A stretch of DNA of 63,610 nt, the filler included, from Licmophora abbreviata (taxonomy: Eukaryota), in NCBI GenBank assembly GCA_900291995.1. It is 13 parts of 13 records of this genome, joined end to end, with 100 filler letters (N's around TTAATTAATTAA, not from the genome) between each part and the next. Parts side by side here need not be neighbours in the genome. Positions count along the whole stretch, not along the records: positions 55,421 to 60,986 come from OLMU01004444.1; positions 61,087 to 63,610 come from OLMU01004445.1; 11 more parts are not named here. One strand, written 5' to 3'. Both the position numbers and the translations under genes were made by a program. Below, one piece after another: positions 55,539 to 63,610 of this stretch; position 1 is the stretch's first letter; the number at the start of each line of letters is the position of its first letter. The notes beneath the pieces were generated by a model. It had not been told where the DNA came from. It saw only the letters and a list, made by a program, of their open reading frames with translations, and made no database searches.

Positions 55539-57282
55539 CTATTTCTTTGCGCGGTAAAAGTTCAGGTAGCTCATGTGCCAGTCTCCACCCCCTTTGAGCT
55601 TAAGCACGTCCTCCGTTTTACAGGGGCTGACTTCGTCGTCATCAAAGACAAACCAGTCTTCGTTGTCTTCGTCCGTATCGGCGATCTTCTCGATTTTGGC
55701 GCCGCTGTGATCCGCTTTGACCCATCCCATGTAGTGCCCACCATCGGCGTCGCGTCCCTTGTGCGTGACAACCGCGAAAAGATCATACTGTCCTTGAAAC
55801 TGCTCTGGTAGTCCCGGGCCCACCACTTCATTTGTTTCCATGCTCATGGCAAGAGCCTCCTGCAACGCCGCAGCCTCTTCGGAGTCCTCCGTATCCATCG
55901 CGTCGTCACCATTGGCCTCTTTGCCCTCTTCGCTCTCGCCCTTGAGTTTCTTATTGATTCGATCCTCTTCTTCGGCCAGCGCTTTGTCACGGGACGCTTT
56001 TAGTACTTTCTGCACCTTCGCAGAGCAGAATTCGTAAACATCCAGCGTCCCCGAAAAGGCGACTGGTTTCATGACCTTACACTTGACCCCAGCATGATCA
56101 GCCGAATCGGGAGTACTCTTCCAGTAGAAACGTCCAAATTGAACGACAACGATGGGAGGAAGGCGAGCGATCCTCTGTGTTCGGGTCCATACCGCATCAC
56201 GACCCAGCACCTCCGAATGCTTTTCGATCTTGCCGCTCAACGACAACGCAATGCCTTCTTGAATATGACTGACATTCGTCTGCGCAGTTCCGTCGGCACC
56301 ACCCTGAATGTTGCAGACAAGCTTGCGATGCAAGTCCCGTTTCACAACAGGCGGCTCGACTGTTCCGTCCTCGTTGTTCTCCGTTGCGTTGGAGAATTCG
56401 TCACACGTGAGTGTTTCTTCCATTTCAATTCCAAACGCGGCATCCACCAAGTTCCTAGCTCCCATGAGTTCTTCCTCCGTGACTCCCTGCAGACCCATTC
56501 GGATCGTCTCTGCCGATACCGTTTCGGCAGCCGCAATCGTCAAGAGTCCAGAATAGAATTCCTCAGCATCCTGTTGCATGGGCTGTCCCTGCGGTCCCGT
56601 CTGCGCAAACTGCGGAAATGCCATTTTGGTCGCCTGCACAAGTCGAGCTGGGGGGACGGCATCTGCTGTGCGGTCGAGATTCTGATACACATCCTTGAGG
56701 GACGATAAGAAGAACTGGTTTGGACCTGGCGAAGCGCCGTTGCGGGGCGCGTACGTCTCGAGTCCCCTGCGCAAGGGGGGAACGGCACGGAGGCACTGTA
56801 CGACGGAGTTCATATAGCAGGTGTTTCCCAAGTTGACAAGACCGGACGGTTCCGCCACCTTGGCTATTTCTTCTGGTGGGAGGTCTTCTAGGAAGACAGT
56901 CTTTGTTTTGGGAGCCGCGAGTTTTGTGGCCGATCCCATGAGGAGAATTTGCAGTTCCTTGGATTTCGTCAATGCGGCAGCAAAGTCAATCGAGGAGAGG
57001 TCAAAGTCGTCCTTCAAGACGCCTTTCCACAGTCCTGCGGTGTCACACACGTGCAATAAGGGGTAAGATATCATCCTTGAAAAAAGTGTGCTAGTTTGCG
57101 TCGTCCAGGATGTCGTTTCCATACGCACCTTTACTCTTGGGCATGAGCTTCATGCGATCTGCCGGGACGCCCGTCTTTTCCTCCAGATCCATTTTAAGGC
57201 CCTTCACTCCTGCGTCCACCACAAGACTCGTTTGGATAGTCTCCTTGCCCCATTTGACGGTCAGTGGGTAACTATCTGCCAT
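55539..57282 (-). CDS. USP14: Proteasome-associated deubiquitinase USP14/Ubp6; intron 57035-57128
   Basis: UBL domain (VKWGKE...TGVPADRMKLM...LLMGS), Cys box GLVNLGNTCYMNSVVQCL, QQDAEE, His box HKGRDADGGHY, GGGDWH. Confidence 0.95.
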
Positions 57283-57773
57283 TGTGGTTGCGTTTATGGT
57301 TGGCGATTGTGGTCAACGACAATGACGAGACTGTGAGGCCGCCATCGTCGTTTTACCCCAGCGTCGTCATTCGACGAACTCGTTCGATACATCCGGGTGT
57401 CTCAACGGATCTTTCGTTTGATTGAGACGGCGGACGGACTACAGGAAAGCAGAAAGGCTGACACGTGGAGGATGATGGTAGCATGGAGAGGGAGCAACCG
57501 AAATCGAACGAATCGATAAGCAATCTTCTCCCGCATCTCGCTGCGTGATCATGGAGAGCTACAGTAACGCAATGATAAGAAAGCAACGATGAGAAACATG
57601 CGTTGTTAGGAGCCTATGCTTAACTTGCACGTGATTGCCACTTGACCATGGTTCCTTGTATTGCTGTACCATGATCCATGCTGCATGACGAATAAAATCG
57701 GCAGTTTACATACAAACGACTTCAGTACTCCCCAGACGGCCATGTTCACCCTCATTCCAATCCTTTCGCTGAT

Positions 57774-58654
57774 CTAATTAAACCGATGCTTTCGAAGCAT
57801 TGCCTTCAGCTCATCTGTATTGGCATTGTTGATGCCGTATTTTTCTGCACGAGCTAGGCGCTTCTCCACTTCTTCCTTTGGAAGTAGCTTGGGTTCTGAC
57901 TTTTTCTTTTCTTCCTTTGGACCCGTCTTTTGTTTCTTATTTGACATATTCTTTCGAGCCGACGGCTCAGTGCGCTTGGACTGCTTTTCCGGATTGTTCT
58001 TCTGCTTCTTTCCTTCCTTCTTTGGCTTTTCGTAGACAGGAATGTTGAAACGAGCGGCACGGGCCTTTTTCTTGTCCGCAAAGGAACTTCCATCGCCTGC
58101 AGGTTCCTCCGGGGCAATCTCTGTCTCGCCTGGCTTCTCCACAGCACTCTCGTCAAAAGGAGCTCCAGCCGCTTCCACAGCAGCAGCAACAGGTGCTTCG
58201 TCAGCAACACCCGTAGCCCCAGTAGCAGCAACTACAGGGTCTGCAGGTTTCTTCGCTTCCTCTGCAGCCACTACCATCGGAGCCACATTAGCCTCCACTG
58301 CGTCTACTACTACTTTCGGGGCGACGACAGCCGCAGCGACAGCGGCATCGACCGTCGGCTTCTCACCGACGGGTGTCGTCACCGCATCCACAATGCCAAA
58401 CTCCTCTTCGTCCAAACGTGCTTGCAAACGATTGACTAAGTCGGCCTTGAGTCCCTCGGTCGACAGGCCTCGATTTTCCAAGGCCACGCGGAGGTCCGAG
58501 ACTAAGAATAAGAAATCAAAATAACGGATAGAGTTGAAAAAGGTGAGAAGCACATCGGCACGACCTACGGTCGGTGCAAAATTCATCCGGCATGGCGCTA
58601 CATGTCATCATTGTCATCACGACCTTTCATTTTCTTGACGTTTTCTTCACCCAT
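57774..58654 (-). CDS. SAP-domain RNA-export protein (Tho1/SARNP/CIP29-like); intron 58502-58623
   Basis: KKMK|VSDLRVALENRGLSTEGLKADLVNRL SAP motif; KKKARAARF and RLARAEKYG C-terminal motifs. Confidence 0.82.
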
Positions 58655-58956
58655 GATGGATCTGATTGCAAAGATTGTAACAGGACGGCAAAGGTCGTTG
58701 TGTTGAATGAATAGTGATGGTCACACCAACGGCCACGATCAGCTCAAGGTTTGTGTGATGCATCGCCCATGGCATCTGGAGTTCGCTGATGCAATGACTG
58801 GCGTGCGAGAAATTTAGTTTCGGCGCGCCTTTTTTGGCCGCGACCAACTCACAATTTGCTGCTGGATGCATGATGCTGATGGTGACACGGCGACTTGTTT
58901 CTCTGCTGTCCACTCACTGAACCCTTACTCCTCTCTCTACTACTATCGTCCACATC

Positions 58957-59984
58957 ATGTCATCATCTTCCTCCAAAGGTAGAATGATCCTGGCCAAAAT
59001 GGCCGCCGGCGTCTTCCTACCGTCAGTCCCAATCTTGATTTGGTGGAAATCGGCTCTCGACGACCGGCAGCGACAAGCTCGCGACGTGCGCACCAAGATT
59101 CGCGTCCCCAATGTACAGTCGATTGACGACTTGATGGTAGAAAAGTGTCAGCCGGGCGATGTATTGTTGTTTGATCGACGATGTGAAAAGTGTGCTGCAG
59201 GGCCCATGGCGGCCCTGTCGTGTCTCGCGGCTCGGGCACTGCTCTGTGGAGAAGGGGATCCGAGGAGGCGTTTGGAGACGGGAAAGTTTGATCATTGTGG
59301 TGGGTTTTAAAAAAGGAGATTATAATTCGACAGCGGGTCTAGCGCTCGTGTGTGCTCGTCGTGTGTCTCACTTTGTTCTTTCGTTTCCTCCTTGTATATT
59401 CATCATCAGGCATTGTCGTACCAGGATATAGCAAAAACAAGGCCGAAGAACTAGATCCGTCGAACCTATTGTTACTGGAAGCAACAGCAGGAGAAGGCGT
59501 CGTCGCCCGACCCTTGTTGACTCGATTGGAAATGTCTCAGTCTCGATCCGTCATGCTGTTGCCCCTCTCCTCTCCCAACGAACGACGCTACGATGACACG
59601 ACGACGACAACTCCCGATGCCCGTCTCGTCCGTACACAAGAATACACGCGAAAACAGTTGGCTGCCTTTCGTGACCAGTGGATGACGGAAAGTCAGGAAC
59701 GTCATTACGAGGCCGCGCATGCCTCACTGGGAGTCATTGGCGCTCTGCTGCACGCGTTGCATTTGCCCAATCCAGGAGGCCCCACGTCCCCGTCGGCGTG
59801 GGCTGTCATGTCGGCCTTGCAAAAGGCGGGAATTGCAGAGCACCTGAAGGATCGGACGGTTATGGAAACCAAAGTGGAAGACTTTCTGAGGGATCATCGC
59901 TTTCATGAGACTGATACGGTGCGATTACGGCCTGGCTTTAAGTTTCTTGCGCCTGTGACGATGCGAGAAACGGCGAGGAGCTAG
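58957..59984 (+). CDS. Permuted papain-like (YiiX/YaeF-type NlpC/P60) fold protein; intron 59300-59409
   Basis: QPGDVLLF, FDHC|GIVV, LLEA..EGVVARPL, ALQKAGI; N-terminal TM. Confidence 0.6.
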
Positions 59985-60334
59985 CTAGATTTGACTTTTG
60001 TTCGCTTTAGAAGAAGGATGAAGGTAAAGACGCATCGTGCTAGACCCTACTGAACTTGCAAAAAAGAAATGTAGCAGACGTCTTCGATTAGTCTGCCGTT
60101 CCTCCAAGAAGACAGAGCTTGCTTCGGAGTAGGGTTGAAGATTAGAGATAGAGTGAAAGGGGTCAACACACGCGTTTCAGTACTTTTCTACGTACGATCC
60201 TACGTTGCAATGACTGTGATGGCGTGCCACACTCACTTTCTAGCCACACCGCACCGCCAACGCGTCTGTCGAACCCGATCTTGCCTCTCGTGTTTGCCCT
60301 TTTCGTCACCGCTTTTGTAGCAAAAGCTTCCACC

Positions 60335-61559
60335 ATGTCTGCCATGTCAAGGCAGCAAAAAGCCAAAGGCGAAGGCTTTATGAAGGAAGCGGAAAAGACA
60401 CTGAAGAAATCGGCTTGGTTCGCCTCATCCAAGGAACGCAAGTTCGAAGACGCCGCCGAGCTCTACGAAAGCGCCGCGAACGCCTTCAAAGTAGGCGGTT
60501 TCTTCCAGGAAGCCGGTGATGCGTATATGGAAGCTGCCAAGCTCCATAGGGATGAACTGAAGAACTTGGGAGAGGCCAGCAAGGATCTTTCGCAAGCAGG
60601 TAGGTCGACTGGGTCGTGGCTATGTATTTCGCTATTGGAAGCGGATAAAGATGTATTCTTGTTGACGACAAAACTGTACGACGCACAGAACCACATGGAC
60701 CCTCGTCTCATATCGACATGGCGCTCTCACCTCTATGGCTGTTCTATTTCTGCTCTCACCAGGGTCTTGTTACAAAAAAGGCAATCCCGCGGACGCCGTC
60801 AAAGCGTACAAAGCTGCCGTTGCGTTGATGACAGACGCTGGACGCCTCACACAAGCTGCCAAAATGTCCAAGGAGGTGGCCGCCATCTTTGAGACAGAAG
60901 ACGTTTGCAACAAGGAAAAGAGCAGCATTGTCTTGGCCATTGAATCGTACGAACAGGCAGCGGAGCTGTTTGGTATGGAAGACTCGNNNNNNNNNNNNNN
61001 NNNNNNNNNNNNNNNNNNNNNNNNNNNNNNTTAATTAATTAANNNNNNNNNNNNNNNNNNNNNNNNNNNNNNNNNNNNNNNNNNNNAGCTGTTTGGTATG
61101 GAAGACTCGAAATCGCAGGAATCGCAGTGTCGTGGCAAGGTGGCGGAGCTCTGCAGTGCAGCCTTGGATCCACCCGACTTGCTGCGGGCGGCCAAGATTT
61201 ACGACGACTTGGGACGGAGGTGCCTGGATTCCAACTTGTTAAAGTACAATGCAAAGGGATTCTTTCTGCAGAGTGTTCTGTGTCACTTGGCCAATGGCGA
61301 TTCCGTCGGGGCGGGACAGGCCTTGCAGCGTTACGAGAGTCTGGACTATACGTTCAGTGATTCGCGAGAAGGAAAATTTTGCACACAGCTGATTGAATGC
61401 GTAGAGGGCTTTGACAGTGAAGGCTTTGCGACTGCGTGTTATGAGTTCGATCGAATCTCCAAGTTGGATCCGTGGAAGACGTCGATGTTGGTCAAGGTCA
61501 AGAGGACGATTGAAGACGAGGACGGTGAAGGCGACGACGACGATGTGGATTTGACGTAG
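60335..61559 (+). CDS. NAPA: Alpha-soluble NSF attachment protein; intron 60600-60762; spans a false gap
   Basis: FEDAAELYESAANAFK, GRLTQAAK, YEQAAELF, NLLKYNAKG, FSDSRE, FDRISKLDPWKTSML, acidic DDVDLT end. Confidence 0.95.
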
Positions 61560-61664
61560 TTTCATGAATGATATGGACGTGACTCGGCGATAAGTCGAAG
61601 TCTAGAAATCACCAAGGCACGCTGGTCGCTTTGTACATCACAGAGGATTTTAGTCCATTGATGT

Positions 61665-62351
61665 TCACGCCACATGAGTATTAGGTTCATCATCATTGTC
61701 TAGCTGGAATCGCTCCAGACACCTCCAACGCTCCATCTTGCCCTGCGTACTCCACAATGCAATCCCCGTCACTCGTCGTCTACTCACGCTCGTCAGTGTC
61801 GGTACTCGATTCATTACCGTGAGCGAATAGTGTAGATTGCTTTGTGCCTGTTCGGGATTCTCATAGACAAGCGACAAATGGGGCATCCACTTTTCGTTGT
61901 TGATATGCTCTGGATCATGAACGACACTTCGCACCAACTTGAGTAGAGCTTCATGCTCCAGCGACGTGCCCAGTGTCATTTCAATCCACGCCATGGACAT
62001 GGTCTCTCCCTCGACACCGTCCAAAGTCGCATCTTGCAGAATACCCTTGACACGAAAGGGTGGCCAATGCTGGAGTTTGGGTCGCAGCTCTTGGACAAAG
62101 AGACGTCTCATTTCGGTTTCCGATAAATGAGTCATTCCGTATTCGACTGTCACATGCGGAGCCGGTATTCGATGGACACGCAGATCCTCGGCTGCTATGT
62201 CCAATGCACGATCGAGGTCCCCGTCGACTTGTTCCAGTTCCAACCAAATGCTGAAACCTTGAAATTCGAAACGGAGCGATGTTCGTTCGGGACCTCCTCT
62301 CGATGAACGAAGCATGAGTAGAACACTGCTAAGGAACCCAGCGATATTCAT
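61665..62351 (-). CDS. 2H phosphoesterase, cyclic-nucleotide phosphodiesterase (CPDase)-like
   Basis: Two HxT/S motifs (PHVTV, PHLSLVY), FSIWL at the N-terminus and ALWSTQG..W at the C-terminus. Confidence 0.8.
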   Translation of the reverse strand: MNIAGFLSSVLLMLRSSRGGPERTSLRFEFQGFSIWLELEQVDGDLDRALDIAAEDLRVHRIPAPHVTVEYGMTHLSETEMRRLFVQELRPKLQHWPPFRVKGILQDATLDGVEGETMSMAWIEMTLGTSLEHEALLKLVRSVVHDPEHINNEKWMPHLSLVYENPEQAQSNLHYSLTVMNRVPTLTSVSRRRVTGIALWSTQGKMERWRCLERFQLDNDDEPNTHVA

Positions 62352-62786
62352 GGCATGTGTGCGTGTGTCGAGAAGCTACAGATGGCCCCGTCGTTCGACG
62401 ATGCAGGCCATGGTGGTGAGGTTGTGATGATGTCGTTCGTTCGTTGTTCCGAATTCTGATGCAATGACAATGCCAGAAAGGAGAACGAGTTCGCATGAAT
62501 CGAATCAATCCTTTGGCGAGGTCTTGGCGGACAGAATCTCTTTTTGGAATTTCTACAACACAACTATACGTGGAATTATGTATGTAGGAATATACGTGAG
62601 GTTCAAGTATCATCGCGGTGCGCCATTTTCGGGGTTCCAAATTTCATGCATCCAGATATCTCTCATCTCTCATCGCGCAGTGTGATGGAGAGCCGAAGGT
62701 TGCGACCCAACGACGAGCATTGTCCATCGCTTCTTGGACCTCCCATCGCACCGTGTGCCTCATTGATCGGTGTAGACAGACACACA

Positions 62787-63610
62787 ATGCCGACATTGGA
62801 GACAATCCACGTCGACGAACTGGCAATGGAACCAGAATCAGCAGAGACTGCCATTTCCACCACACACAATGACACTCCACCCCGTCCCTCCGACAACAAC
62901 ACTACGAACGCACCCGCTTCCAAATCTGACCCTTCGTCAAAGAGCAACGCCTCGAGTGGGCGCAAGGTGACACCTGGGCACTCGCTTCGCAAATCTCCGA
63001 CTCGAGCAAAGCAGCAACAGAGCGCACGGAGTCAAGTGTCCATTGCCTCCTTTTTCAACAAAACCTCCGCAGCCCTGTCGTCTCCCAAAGCAGCCGCCAA
63101 ACGTCCTGGAACGCACATGGAAGGTCCGCACAAGACACTTCGTGCCTCCAATCCAACAGCGACTTCCTCCAAGCCTGACTCGAAGAGTACAGCCTCTTCC
63201 AACACGCCGAACAAACCAGCGGCAAAGCCACTCGCCAAGCACAAGAAGAGAATGACACCCAAGAAGACTCCCCCGAACGCAGATACTCTATTGGAAGACG
63301 AACGCAGGCAGCGTCAAATGCTGGCAGAAATCGTCATGGGTTCACGCTCCACGTCGAGCGCAACAATGCCGACCGCGATTGACCTCACCACGACTTGCGC
63401 TGAGGCGGACACAGAGTCGAATCCGGCGGTCGTGGAAGAACCTCTTGTCACTGTCGACCAGGAGTCTGCGAGCAGCCAAGGTGACGGAATCAAGGTAGCG
63501 GCGGTCGATGCGGTACAGGAAGACGAACCGAAGTCCGAATCAGCCTGCGGCGAAAGGAAGGAAGAGGTTTTCGTGCAAGAGGAAGTGACTGCTGGTACGA
63601 GTATGGACCA
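62787..63610 (+). CDS. N-terminus of a disordered nuclear protein with a PIP box (runs off the window)
   Basis: Open frame from ATG 62787 toward the window end (absent from the ORF track, apparently because it has no stop); QVSIASFF at 63033-63056 and AIDLT at ~63375-63389. Confidence 0.65.
   Translation, partial: MPTLETIHVDELAMEPESAETAISTTHNDTPPRPSDNNTTNAPASKSDPSSKSNASSGRKVTPGHSLRKSPTRAKQQQSARSQVSIASFFNKTSAALSSPKAAAKRPGTHMEGPHKTLRASNPTATSSKPDSKSTASSNTPNKPAAKPLAKHKKRMTPKKTPPNADTLLEDERRQRQMLAEIVMGSRSTSSATMPTAIDLTTTCAEADTESNPAVVEEPLVTVDQESASSQGDGIKVAAVDAVQEDEPKSESACGERKEEVFVQEEVTAGTSMD

Noticed and set aside
1..63610. tRNA, rRNA, CRISPR arrays, transposase or reverse transcriptase
   Set aside because: None recognised by eye; small structured RNAs cannot be excluded without a covariance-model search.

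Overview
Gene-dense eukaryotic nuclear DNA, most consistent with a diatom or related stramenopile. Supporting signs: short (~75-165 nt) GT-AG introns, signal peptide + 'A|F' bipartite plastid-targeting N-termini, a mitochondrial-type arginase, an IDH with an EF-hand tail and a plant-type quinolinate synthase. It is a draft scaffold: 13 contig pieces joined by twelve identical 100-nt N44-TTAATTAATTAA-N44 spacers, with several single-base frameshifts that look like homopolymer sequencing errors. About 35 protein-coding genes were reconstructed; no RNA genes, CRISPR arrays or transposons were recognised. The strongest hidden signal is a DsbA/FrnE-like gene (54398-55153, minus) that the ORF track truncates. 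It has an in-frame TGA exactly at the first Cys of the CxxC motif (V-V-U-P-F-C) and a SECIS-like hairpin just after the stop, so it is a probable secretory-pathway selenoprotein. Other notable signals: an oriented promoter motif (RTGARTCGARTC) upstream of five unrelated genes including the selenoprotein; a head-to-head pair of small Ser-rich proteins sharing three motifs; a ModF-like ABC protein with both Walker B sites altered; a membrane-anchored FABP-like protein; and a GC-AG intron. All family assignments come from motif recognition, not database searches.
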